A stretch of 64,000 bases of DNA. It comes from Porticoccaceae bacterium (lineage in GTDB: Bacteria; Pseudomonadota; Gammaproteobacteria; Pseudomonadales; Porticoccaceae). The stretch is taken from positions 4,409 to 68,408 of the forward strand of contig JABJEX010000013.1 of NCBI GenBank assembly GCA_018663035.1, written 5' to 3'. Shown here in pieces: positions 18,320 to 27,852 of this stretch (positions within the stretch are counted from its first letter, which is position 1; the number at the start of each line of letters is the position of its first letter). The notes under the pieces are model-generated. The model made no database searches, was not told the DNA's origin, and saw nothing but the letters and a program-made list of their open reading frames with translations. The translations under genes and the position numbers were made by a program.

Positions 18320-19662
18320 AGATAGGCATCGTATTCCATCATTGTGACGGCAGAATCAAACTCCTGCTTCTCTTTGCGCTTGCACAGTGCATAGGTAGAC
18401 TGTAACTCAGCCCCTAAGTACTCCCTTATAAAATCTGACTTCTCAAACGCTTTAATAGCATCATTCCAAAAATGCGGCAGCGTGGCCTCAACATCGCCAG
18501 CGTCACCCTCGACTGCTTCAGGTGCTTTTAATTTGTTTTCAATGCCATACAGAGCTCCTGCCAACATTGCTGCGACCGTGAGATAAACATTGGCATCTGC
18601 GCCGGCTACACGATGTTCTATGCGCATAGCGCTGTTATCGCCACCGGGTATACGGATGGCTGTGGTGCGATTTTCATAGCCCCAATTGGGTGCCAGTGGC
18701 GCATAGCATCCGGGTACCATGCGGCGAAAGGAGTTGATATTAGGAGCGAATATAGCCATGCAGTCGGCCATAGTTTCTAGGCAACCAGCGACCGCATGGT
18801 TGAGCAGCTCCGAGCCCTGCTCTGTGCCATTATCAAACACATTATTACCCTGGTCGTCGAGTAGACTAAAGTGGATATGCATACCATTGCCAACCTGCTC
18901 TGCAAAAGGCTTAGCCATAAAGGAAGCTACTTTGCCATGGTTGTGGGATACATTGCGAATGGCGCGCTTCAGCATGCTGCCCTGGTCGCAGGCACGCAAT
19001 GCACAATCTTGATGGTAGAGATTAATCTCGAACTGTGAGGGGCCAAACTCTGTAATCAGGGTATCTACCGGTAGATTCTGGATTCTTGCCGCCTCGGAGA
19101 TGGCATCCATGAGTGGCGCCGTCCGGCGCATAGCCTCTAGACCGTATGTCTGGCCTCCCAGCGCCGGACTACCATCCAGCGCACTTTGGCTGTGCTGAGG
19201 CTTGCCAAATTGATCGCGATCTAATTCGAACAGATGAAACTCCATCTCACTAGCAACCACTGGTGTGAGACCGAGAGCCTTAAAGCGTGCCAATAGGTTT
19301 TCAAGAACAACGCGTGGGTCGCCACCGTAGTGACTTTCCCCATTAAAGCTACCCATAGAAACAATGAGTTGGCCTGTGGGTCGATCCGCCCAGGGGACCC
19401 GCGCCAGGGTTTCAGGGTGGGGCTTGCAGACGCCATCAGCGTCGCCACTGTCTGCCACTAGCTCCTCGAGATCGCGCCCCCAGATATCTAAAGAACAGGT
19501 GTTTTGGGGCATTTTATAGCCGCCCTCAAAAACCTTAGCGATCTGCTCGCGGGGTAACCATTTGCCGCGATGTACGGCGTTTAGGTCATGCAGAATCACC
19601 TCAAATATTTCTATATCCGGGTTATCTTGCAAAAATTGATCGAGTGGGGAGAGCATAGCCAT
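18316..19662 (-). CDS. Glutamine-synthetase-family gamma-glutamylpolyamine ligase (PuuA/PauA-like)
   Basis: EMEFHL, EFGPSQFEIN, GNGMHIHFSL, WGYENRTTAIRIP and RIEHRVAGADAN motifs. The N-terminus (DLNAVHRGKW) is PuuA-type, and a PuuD-like gene lies nearby. Confidence 0.85.
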   Translation of the reverse strand: MAMLSPLDQFLQDNPDIEIFEVILHDLNAVHRGKWLPREQIAKVFEGGYKMPQNTCSLDIWGRDLEELVADSGDADGVCKPHPETLARVPWADRPTGQLIVSMGSFNGESHYGGDPRVVLENLLARFKALGLTPVVASEMEFHLFELDRDQFGKPQHSQSALDGSPALGGQTYGLEAMRRTAPLMDAISEAARIQNLPVDTLITEFGPSQFEINLYHQDCALRACDQGSMLKRAIRNVSHNHGKVASFMAKPFAEQVGNGMHIHFSLLDDQGNNVFDNGTEQGSELLNHAVAGCLETMADCMAIFAPNINSFRRMVPGCYAPLAPNWGYENRTTAIRIPGGDNSAMRIEHRVAGADANVYLTVAAMLAGALYGIENKLKAPEAVEGDAGDVEATLPHFWNDAIKAFEKSDFIREYLGAELQSTYALCKRKEKQEFDSAVTMMEYDAYL

Positions 19663-19782
19663 AGTGTTTTCCAATTTGCTTATCGGCAACAGTAGCGCAT
19701 GTTGCAGCACAAATACATTGACCCCTGTGCTAACTACCCCTTGGTGGTATCTAAAATTAGCTCAGACAAAGCATTGGGGGAC

Positions 19783-21756
19783 TTATTCGGCAAGATCACC
19801 TAGGGCTGCTTTTAAAGGGCCCAAATGCGCTTCGAAATGCTTCCAGTAGGCAACTGCTGATTTGTAAATAGGCTGGCGCACCTGTTCAGAACTAGCGGTA
19901 TTTACTGCTCGCTCTGTCTCATGAAAACGCAGACAGGCTTGCTCTAGAGGCAGCCCACAGTAAGCCAATAACTTCTCCACATTCCCCTCAAGGTCATCGA
20001 CAACATTCTCATATTGCACTGAGTATACCTTGCCGGGGAAAACCTTTTGCCAGTGGGCCATAAGACGCTGGTAATCGCGGTAATAACGGCCCAGATCATT
20101 GAGGTCATAGCTGAAGTGTTGCCCCTCTGCCCAGAGTTGCTTGAAGCAGCCAAAACAATTGTCGATTGGGTGACGCATGGTGTTTACGATTTTGGCATTG
20201 GGCATGGCCAGCAGTATCAGCCCAATATAGATAAAGTTGTTCGGCAGCTTGTCGGTAAACAGCGGCGCATCAGTTTGCCGATGACGCTGGGCCTGAGCCA
20301 TAAACTGCTCTCCTAGGGAATACCAGTCCTGTGCGCCTAGCTCTGTTACCCCCAGAGGATAGGGTTGCGAAGCCATGGCATTGGGCTGCCGATGCAGCCG
20401 ATTTGCCAGCCAAGGGATATAGGGTAACTCGCGGGTGCCCTCCACCTGCGAATGAGACGCTAGTATTTGCTCCTGTAGCGTGGAACCTGATCTTGGCAGG
20501 CCGAGAATAAAAATCGGCGCGCCATCGTCTACACCTGCACCTGCAGACTGGGCAATAAACTCTGTCGAAAACGTCTCTATTGTTCTGTCAACCAGCTGAG
20601 AGAAATCATCGGCACTCCAACTCACCAATTGCTTCTGCACCTGGTTACCAGCTGCATAGTAAGCAAAGGCACTGTCCCAATCCTTGCGATGTTCATAGGC
20701 TTTGCCTAACGCATAATTAAAATGCACCTTGCTCTTGTCGGTAAGACTACCTTCGGCCAGAGCGGCCTGTATCTGACTCACCTCTGCATCACTAAATCTA
20801 TAGGTTTTGAGATTAGACAGAGACCAGGCGGCTTCGCCATAGTTGTTATCCAACTGCATGCAACGCCGATAGACTTCAACTGCCTGATCCTGTTCACCCA
20901 GAGTTTTTAATACTGTCGCTTTTTGGGAGAGTGCCACAACATTGTCTGGGGTTTTTTCAAGGACGAGATTGTACTGTTCGAGCGCAGCCTGAAAGCGGTT
21001 ATCCTTGGCAAAAATATCACCTAACAACATGCGCGCTTCGCTTCTGTCACTGTCAATATTTAGAACATGCTGAACAGCCTCTTCAGCCTCGATAATTTTG
21101 TCCTGCCGAGAGAGTGCCGCTGCTAGCCGCAACCACCATTTTAGACGTTCAGGCATTTTGCGAATAAGCTGCCGAGAAAGCTCCTCAGCCCAGCGTGCGC
21201 GACCAGAATCCAGTGCATGGTCGATCATTAACTCTTTGGCACCAACATTGTCGGGATCGACCGCCAAAACTTCCTGACAGAGCTTTTCGCTGCCAGCTCT
21301 ATCACCCGCCTTTAAGAGGCTAGAGGCTTCTATGACTTTATTTTTGAGTTCTTCCGACTGACGATTAAGCGCTGCTATCTGCGCTGATTGATCGGTTTTG
21401 CCCTGTGCCAATAAGACTTTTTCCAGCAATCTGCGCGGGGCCTTGAGCCTGTCATCAAGACTAAGAGCGCGCCTCAGGGATTGCTCAGCTGAATGGTATT
21501 GCTCTAGGGCAAGCTGGACCCTGCCAAGATCGGCGCAGGCATGGGCAAAATCTGGGGTGATGGCAAGAACCGCCTCAAACCCGCTTGCTGCTAGCTCTAG
21601 ATCTCCACGGCGCTCCCATACCTGAGCACGCAAACGCAAGCTGTTTACCTCGCGTGGGTTGAGCTTCAGCAGGGTTTCGCAAATCGCCTCGCAGCGCTGC
21701 AGATCGCCTTCGCGCAATGCTGAGAGTGCTTTAAAAAATTGCTGCTGAGGATCCAT
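19783..21756 (-). CDS. TPR-repeat sulfotransferase-family protein
   Basis: Many TPR-like helices, then the 5'-PSB loop PIFILGLPRSGSTL, FTDKLPNNF, RHPIDNCF and TASSEQVRQPIY. Confidence 0.92.
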   Translation of the reverse strand: MDPQQQFFKALSALREGDLQRCEAICETLLKLNPREVNSLRLRAQVWERRGDLELAASGFEAVLAITPDFAHACADLGRVQLALEQYHSAEQSLRRALSLDDRLKAPRRLLEKVLLAQGKTDQSAQIAALNRQSEELKNKVIEASSLLKAGDRAGSEKLCQEVLAVDPDNVGAKELMIDHALDSGRARWAEELSRQLIRKMPERLKWWLRLAAALSRQDKIIEAEEAVQHVLNIDSDRSEARMLLGDIFAKDNRFQAALEQYNLVLEKTPDNVVALSQKATVLKTLGEQDQAVEVYRRCMQLDNNYGEAAWSLSNLKTYRFSDAEVSQIQAALAEGSLTDKSKVHFNYALGKAYEHRKDWDSAFAYYAAGNQVQKQLVSWSADDFSQLVDRTIETFSTEFIAQSAGAGVDDGAPIFILGLPRSGSTLQEQILASHSQVEGTRELPYIPWLANRLHRQPNAMASQPYPLGVTELGAQDWYSLGEQFMAQAQRHRQTDAPLFTDKLPNNFIYIGLILLAMPNAKIVNTMRHPIDNCFGCFKQLWAEGQHFSYDLNDLGRYYRDYQRLMAHWQKVFPGKVYSVQYENVVDDLEGNVEKLLAYCGLPLEQACLRFHETERAVNTASSEQVRQPIYKSAVAYWKHFEAHLGPLKAALGDLAE

Positions 21757-21788
21757 AACTATCGCCGTTAGAATTTTGTTTAGTCTAC

Positions 21789-21818
21789 AAAAAAAGAGCC
21801 GACATTGTCGGCTCTTTT
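21789..21818 (-). terminator. Intrinsic terminator between the TonB-dependent receptor and the sulfotransferase
   Basis: AAAAAAAGAGCCGAC-ATT-GTCGGCTCTTTT, with a T-run on the minus strand. Confidence 0.85.
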
Positions 21819-21840
21819 ATTTGGTTGTTGGTCTGGTCTC

Positions 21841-24186
21841 TTAGAACTTCCAGCCAACATCTACGCCTATACGACGAGGCTCAGAGAAACCAAAGTAATG
21901 GGCACCAATATTAGAATCTGATGGTGCAGCTCCCTTGTAGTGGAACTCATCGGTAATATTATTAACCCACAGCGTTAGGTTCCAGTCCTCAGCACTGTCA
22001 AAGCCGACTCGCAGATTACTGGTAGTGAAACCGTCAGTAATAATTGGGTCGTTGCTAAATGAGCCAAAGCCAATACCCTCGTCCTGATGGAAAGTCTCCC
22101 AGGAAATAGCCAGATCGCCATTTTCCATAGGCACCGTATAGGTCGCTACAATGGCTCCACTGAACTCTATAGTTCCTGGAATCTGAGCACCCTTACAGTC
22201 AGCTGGATCACAGAAGCCCGGATCTGGGTTTGTCAGATCGGTATCTGCCCATGACAGTCCCATGTAAATATCTAGGTTGTCAGTCGGCAAGATGCGTATA
22301 TCCAACTCAACGCCGCTGCCCTCTGCATCACCTATATTAGCCACGCTGTAGCGCGAGCCAACATAGTAGCCTGACTGCATATCAGTAAACTCGTAGCTGT
22401 AGAGACTACCATTAACCTGCAACTGACCATCCCAGAACTGACCCTTGAGTCCCAATTCAATATTGGTCACTTCTTCCTTCCTAAAGCTCTCTGGAGTGGC
22501 ACCCAAATCTAGAGCGTCCGCACCTTCCATATCCTCGTCGGTAACCGAGTCAGGGAAAGACAGGAAGAAGGTATTAAAACCGCCGGCTTTGTAGCCAGTG
22601 CTGTAGTTAATATAGGTCGATACATCTTCTGACACCTGATAAGAAACTGCAGCTCGGACAGATGTATTAGTCCACTGGTCACTGCCACGGACATAGTCAG
22701 AGGAGAAGAATGGGAATGAATAGAAGAAATAATTGCGGTCAGCGCCACCAAATTTCTGGCCGAAGTCACGATTATCCTCTGTGTAACGAGCACCAACACT
22801 GACGTCGATCTTGTCAGAAACACGGATAGTAGCATCGCCGTAAACACCCCAGCCATCATACTCAGCATCAATATCTACCGAGTCATTGCGCGTGCCTATA
22901 CCTGGACCATAGCTGGTATATCCGTTGTACTCGTAATAAGAAGCACAGTCGGTAACCTCTGACTCAAAATACGCAGCATCAAAGTCCTCGCCATAGGCTG
23001 CCGCATAAGAAGCTGCATAGTAAGTACCATAGGTGACACACATAGTGTCTTCATCATAGGTTTGATTGAAGCGCGTCTGAATCTCTTCTTGATACCAAGA
23101 AGCTCCGACAAACCAGCTGACGTCTTCGCTATCGCCATCGAGTCGGAATTCTTGACTGAAGTACTCCTGCTCCTGAATCTGCTGGTAGTTGAAGATAAAG
23201 CGGTCTTCACCATCAAAATCTTCGTTGTAGTAATAGTTGTGTCCACGCAGACCAGTAATGGATGTCAGACTGAGATCGCCGCCAAGGTCAACCTCTACAT
23301 TTAAGCTGGCTCCCCAGACTTCGCCCTCATCAATAAGGAGGTCTGTGTCTACATCTGAACTAAACTGCTTTTTGCCCGCGTCAGAACTAAAGAACGAAAA
23401 GCCTGTGTTGTCCGCATCAAACACCTTGTAAATAGTAGGAGGACCCATACGGTCTTCGTACTCTAGTACTAGCGTGCTGCTTACAGCATCATTTTCAAAC
23501 GAGATGCTGTGTCTAATTGCCCTATTTTCAATAGCGCCAGCAGTTTTGCCGTCGTTGATGTTAGTCATCCAGCCATCTTGCTGCTGATGATAAATCGCCG
23601 TGCGACTGGTGAGGTTATCACTCAGGGACATATTAAAGGCACCAGATAGCATACCGTAACCGTCCTGACCCATTCCCACTGTCAATGAAGCATCCTGATC
23701 CTGACTTGGTTTCTTGGTGGTTACAGCAATAGCACCAGCTGATGCGTTGCGACCAAACAGGGTACCCTGTGGCCCCTTGACGATTTCTACTGCCTCTATA
23801 TCAAAGAAACTTGAGAGAGCGCCACCGGTTCGACCCAGATAGATACCATCCTGATAGACGCCGATGGAAGGCTCTGCACCTACACCAAAATCATTGGTGC
23901 TGATGCCGCGCACATTCATAGAGTCCAAGAACGAGTCGTCTGTATCGCCAGATACGCCAGGCGTGAGCAGAGCCAATTCTTTAGCATCATTTATCTGGGC
24001 CTTCTCAATAAAAGATCCAGTAAAGGCTGATACCGAAATAGGCACATCCTGTAGTGATTCTGCACGCTTCTGCGTGGTGACAATCACCTCTTCAATCTGA
24101 GCTGCAGTCACCTGCGCTGCATTTATTGTGGCTGCTGCCACAGCTGCCGAAAGCAGCGTTTTACGTAATACGGTATTAGATTTCAT
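21841..24186 (-). CDS. TonB-dependent outer-membrane receptor
   Basis: Signal peptide, TonB box IEEVIVTTQKRAESLQDVPISVSAF, plug motif VEIVKGPQGTLFGRNASAG, and a C-terminal beta strand ending in F (PRRIGVDVGWKF). Start at MKSNTV. Confidence 0.95.
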   Translation of the reverse strand: MKSNTVLRKTLLSAAVAAATINAAQVTAAQIEEVIVTTQKRAESLQDVPISVSAFTGSFIEKAQINDAKELALLTPGVSGDTDDSFLDSMNVRGISTNDFGVGAEPSIGVYQDGIYLGRTGGALSSFFDIEAVEIVKGPQGTLFGRNASAGAIAVTTKKPSQDQDASLTVGMGQDGYGMLSGAFNMSLSDNLTSRTAIYHQQQDGWMTNINDGKTAGAIENRAIRHSISFENDAVSSTLVLEYEDRMGPPTIYKVFDADNTGFSFFSSDAGKKQFSSDVDTDLLIDEGEVWGASLNVEVDLGGDLSLTSITGLRGHNYYYNEDFDGEDRFIFNYQQIQEQEYFSQEFRLDGDSEDVSWFVGASWYQEEIQTRFNQTYDEDTMCVTYGTYYAASYAAAYGEDFDAAYFESEVTDCASYYEYNGYTSYGPGIGTRNDSVDIDAEYDGWGVYGDATIRVSDKIDVSVGARYTEDNRDFGQKFGGADRNYFFYSFPFFSSDYVRGSDQWTNTSVRAAVSYQVSEDVSTYINYSTGYKAGGFNTFFLSFPDSVTDEDMEGADALDLGATPESFRKEEVTNIELGLKGQFWDGQLQVNGSLYSYEFTDMQSGYYVGSRYSVANIGDAEGSGVELDIRILPTDNLDIYMGLSWADTDLTNPDPGFCDPADCKGAQIPGTIEFSGAIVATYTVPMENGDLAISWETFHQDEGIGFGSFSNDPIITDGFTTSNLRVGFDSAEDWNLTLWVNNITDEFHYKGAAPSDSNIGAHYFGFSEPRRIGVDVGWKF

Positions 24187-24299
24187 AATTCTCCCCAATT
24201 AGTCTGAGTTGATTGGCGTCATTGCTAAGATCTTGACCACTAATACTTTTAGACTGCAGTTGCCAATATCAGAATTCTATCCCTAAACAAACAATTTAC

Positions 24300-25109
24300 C
24301 TATCCCTGGTCAAACAATTTCCCCTGCCCTTTTAAGGCTTTTTTTCGCATCTGCTGTCCGAACTCACTAAACAGCAGCTTGGAAATCTGGTTGTTTTCAT
24401 ATTGCCACTCTGGATGCCACTGCACCCCAACGGCCCAACAGCCACTTTCAGGCTTCAGCATAACCGCTTCAATCAAGCCATCCTCTGCATGGGCTAGGGC
24501 TTCTAAGCCATCAGCTAATCGATTTATGCCCTGACTATGCAGACTGTTAACCTGACAACTAGTGTCGCCACTGGCGCTGTGCAGCCAACCACCAGAAACA
24601 AAGTTTACTGAATGGGACGGGCCATACTGTCCATCGCGATCTTTGCTCTTGTCCTCTCGGTGGTCATGGTAAGGGCTCACCTCATGAACCTTGGCATGCA
24701 ATGAACCGCCTAGGGCCACATTGAGCTCCTGAAAGCCCCTACAGACTGCAAAAATAGGCACCCCATGATCGATACAGCAGCGGATCAACTGCAAACTCAA
24801 GCTATCGCGCTGAGGATCCTCTAAGGTACCATCTGCATGGGCGGGGCCAGCGTAATGTCGGGGCTGAATATTCGATGGGCTGCCCGGCAAGAATAGCCCA
24901 TCAATGCGACTGACAATATCCTCAACCTGATACAGAGCACCTAGGTCGTTGATATCTTTCCCGTCGCCAAAGGTAGGCAACAGCATCGGCAGCGCCTGAG
25001 CACCGTTAGCAGCTGCATTAATATATTTCTCACCGACCCCATGCACAGGATGCATCCCCGAGGTCATTACGTCACAGGCTATACCCACCACAGGCAGAGT
25101 TTTGCTCAT
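24300..25109 (-). CDS. Gamma-glutamyl-gamma-aminobutyrate hydrolase family (PuuD/SpuA, peptidase C26)
   Basis: GLFLPGSPSNI, AVCRGFQELNVALGG (nucleophile Cys), VNSLHSQG and VQWHPE. Start at MSKTLPVVGI. Confidence 0.9.
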   Translation of the reverse strand: MSKTLPVVGIACDVMTSGMHPVHGVGEKYINAAANGAQALPMLLPTFGDGKDINDLGALYQVEDIVSRIDGLFLPGSPSNIQPRHYAGPAHADGTLEDPQRDSLSLQLIRCCIDHGVPIFAVCRGFQELNVALGGSLHAKVHEVSPYHDHREDKSKDRDGQYGPSHSVNFVSGGWLHSASGDTSCQVNSLHSQGINRLADGLEALAHAEDGLIEAVMLKPESGCWAVGVQWHPEWQYENNQISKLLFSEFGQQMRKKALKGQGKLFDQG

Positions 25110-25291
25110 CGATAAATCCTTCACTTTTACTCGCCATTTATAGGTTGAAATTTGCCAACCCATTTGGGTACATGACGCCTGACCATTTGTATGTTGAGAT
25201 ATTCATTCAACCTAGCCGCTATAAAAATACCCTTTTGGGGTGGCTCATCATTGCAGCACTGGCGCTAGTCAGACGACTTCTTGAGATAATT

Positions 25292-26665
25292 ATGACCAAA
25301 ATGCGAACAACAGAACAGTGGCAACAGCTGGATACCCAGCGACATCTGCACCCCTTTACGGACTTTAATGACTATGCACGTAAACCTGGCAGAATCATCA
25401 ACCGCGCCGAGCATATTTATATCCATGATACCGACGGCAACGTTTTGCTCGACGCCATGTCAGGGCTTTGGTGTTGCAGTCTGGGCTATAGCCAGCCGAC
25501 TATTGCTGAAGCTGTAAGCCGTCAATTTTCTGAACTGCCCTACTACAATAATTTCTTCCAATGCAGTAACGCACCAGCCGTAGAACTGGCGAATCGCTTA
25601 GTAAACATTACGCCAGAGCAGTTTACCCATGTGTTTTTCACCAGCTCTGGTTCCGAAGCAAACGATACTAACATTCGTATCGTACGACGGTATTGGGATC
25701 TCAAAGAGCAGCCTAAAAAACGAATTATCCTATCGCGCACCAATGGTTATCACGGCAGTACTATTGCGTCCGCCAGTCTTGGCGGCTTTGAATTTGTTCA
25801 CAAGCAGTTCGAGACGCTACCCTATGTTGAGCATATTGCCGATCCCAACTGGTATTGCAACGGTGGCGAGCTAAGCCCCCATGAATTTGGTATTCAGGCA
25901 GCGCGCGAATTAGAGAAGCGCATCGACAAATTGGGCGCCGAAAATGTCGCTGCGTTTATAGCCGAACCTGTGCAGGGTGCAGGCGGTGTTATCGTGCCAC
26001 CAGACAGTTATTGGCCAGAAGTTAGCCGCATTCTTAAAGAGCGGGATATTCTGTTTATCAGCGACGAGGTTATCTGTGGCTTTGGTCGAACTGGAAACCT
26101 GTTTGGCTGCCAGACCTATGGCACTGAGCCGGATCTTATTACCTTTGCCAAGGCAGTAACTAATGGCTTTCAGCCTCTGGGTGGTGTAATGGTCAGCGAT
26201 AAAGTTGCGCAGGTAATCACCAGCAGCGGCGGCGAGTTTGGTCATGGCTTTACCTACTCGGGCCACCCTATCGCCTGTTCAGCCGCTCTGGCGACCCTCG
26301 ATATTATTGAAGATCAGAATATGGTGTCTCATGTTGCCGATAATGTCGGCCCTTACTTACAAAATAAGTGGGCAGCGCTAGCAGAGCACCCTATAGTCGG
26401 TCATGTGCGCGGCGTAGGCATGCTGGGCTCTATCGAGTTGGTGCGTAACAAAGAGACCCGTGAGCGACTGGAGCCAGAGCAAAAATCCGGCGGCATCTGT
26501 AGAGAATTTTGTATTGCTAATGGCCTAGTAATGCGTGCTGTGGGCGACTCAATGATTATTTCACCGCCCTTTGTTAGCAGCCATGAAGAAATTGATCTAT
26601 TAATCGAACGTGCCACTAAGGCGCTGGATGCCACTGCGCATCATTACCAAGTAAAAGGTTCTTAA
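25292..26665 (+). CDS. Class III aminotransferase (SpuC-like polyamine:pyruvate transaminase)
   Basis: [48 protein letters not shown] and FAKAVTNG motifs. Start at MTKMRTT. Confidence 0.9.
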   Translation: MTKMRTTEQWQQLDTQRHLHPFTDFNDYARKPGRIINRAEHIYIHDTDGNVLLDAMSGLWCCSLGYSQPTIAEAVSRQFSELPYYNNFFQCSNAPAVELANRLVNITPEQFTHVFFTSSGSEANDTNIRIVRRYWDLKEQPKKRIILSRTNGYHGSTIASASLGGFEFVHKQFETLPYVEHIADPNWYCNGGELSPHEFGIQAARELEKRIDKLGAENVAAFIAEPVQGAGGVIVPPDSYWPEVSRILKERDILFISDEVICGFGRTGNLFGCQTYGTEPDLITFAKAVTNGFQPLGGVMVSDKVAQVITSSGGEFGHGFTYSGHPIACSAALATLDIIEDQNMVSHVADNVGPYLQNKWAALAEHPIVGHVRGVGMLGSIELVRNKETRERLEPEQKSGGICREFCIANGLVMRAVGDSMIISPPFVSSHEEIDLLIERATKALDATAHHYQVKGS

Positions 26666-26666
26666 T

Positions 26667-27848
26667 ATGGCGGGTGATTGGGGAAAGTTTAACTGGCAAG
26701 ACGCATTTAATCTCGATGATCAGCTGACTGATGAGGAGCGTATGGTGCGAGACACCGCCGCCATCTATGCTCAGGAAAAACTAGCACCCAGAGTACGTGA
26801 TGCTTTTCGTCAAGAACACACAGACCGAGAAATCTTTAACGAAATGGGTGAACTAGGGTTACTGGGTGCCACTATTGATGGCTATGGCTGCCCTGGTGTT
26901 AGCTATGTAAGCTACGGTCTAGTCGCCCGAGAAGTCGAACGCGTCGATTCTGGCTATCGCTCGATGATGAGTGTGCAATCTAGCCTAGTTATGTACCCCA
27001 TCTATACCTATGGCACTGAACAGCAAAAAGAAAAATACCTGCCCAAGTTGGCCACCGGTGAATGGGTGGGCTGCTTTGGTCTGACCGAACCAGACGCTGG
27101 TTCTGATCCGGGCGGGATGAAAACTCGAGCGAGAACTGTAGATGGCGGCTATCTGCTGTCAGGCAGCAAAATGTGGATCAGTAACTCACCGATTGCCGAT
27201 GTATTTGTGGTCTGGGCGAAAACTGATGACGGTATTATTCGAGGCTTTATTCTCGACAAAGGTATGAAAGGTCTTACCGCACCTAAAATAGAAGGCAAGC
27301 TAGCACTGCGCGCTTCGATTACCGGTGAGATTGTTATGGACGAGGTATTTGTTCCTGAAGAGCAACTGATGTCCAATGTACAGGGCTTAAAAGGGCCCTT
27401 TGGCTGCCTTAATTCTGCACGCTATGGCATAAGCTGGGGTGTTATGGGGGCCGCTGAAAACTGCTGGCATGCAGCGCGACAATACTGTCTGGACCGCACG
27501 CAGTTTAACCGACCTCTGGCGGCTACCCAGTTGATTCAAATGAAATTGGCTAATATGCAAACAGAGATCAGCCTGGGGCTACAGGGTTCGTTGCGTGCTG
27601 GACGGTTGAAAGATCAAGGCCAGCTAGCGCCTGAACTGATCTCTCTAATGAAGCGCAACAACTGTACTAAGGCTCTGGATATTGCTCGTATGGCAAGAGA
27701 CATGCATGGTGGCAACGGAATTTCTGATGAATACCCAATTATGCGCCATATGATGAACCTAGAGGTGGTTAACACCTACGAGGGTACAGCTGATGTTCAT
27801 GCCCTGATTCTAGGGCGTGCCCAAACAGGCATTCCGGCCTTCGGATAA
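26667..27848 (+). CDS. gcdH: Glutaryl-CoA dehydrogenase
   Basis: [40 protein letters not shown] and [20 protein letters not shown] are characteristic of GcdH. Confidence 0.93.
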   Translation: MAGDWGKFNWQDAFNLDDQLTDEERMVRDTAAIYAQEKLAPRVRDAFRQEHTDREIFNEMGELGLLGATIDGYGCPGVSYVSYGLVAREVERVDSGYRSMMSVQSSLVMYPIYTYGTEQQKEKYLPKLATGEWVGCFGLTEPDAGSDPGGMKTRARTVDGGYLLSGSKMWISNSPIADVFVVWAKTDDGIIRGFILDKGMKGLTAPKIEGKLALRASITGEIVMDEVFVPEEQLMSNVQGLKGPFGCLNSARYGISWGVMGAAENCWHAARQYCLDRTQFNRPLAATQLIQMKLANMQTEISLGLQGSLRAGRLKDQGQLAPELISLMKRNNCTKALDIARMARDMHGGNGISDEYPIMRHMMNLEVVNTYEGTADVHALILGRAQTGIPAFG

Positions 27849-27852
27849 TTCT

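Noticed and set aside
18316-19662. Housekeeping glutamine synthetase glnA
   Set aside because: The N-terminus and C-terminal region are of the PuuA/PauA type, there is no ntrBC context, and it neighbours PuuD-like and SpuC-like genes.
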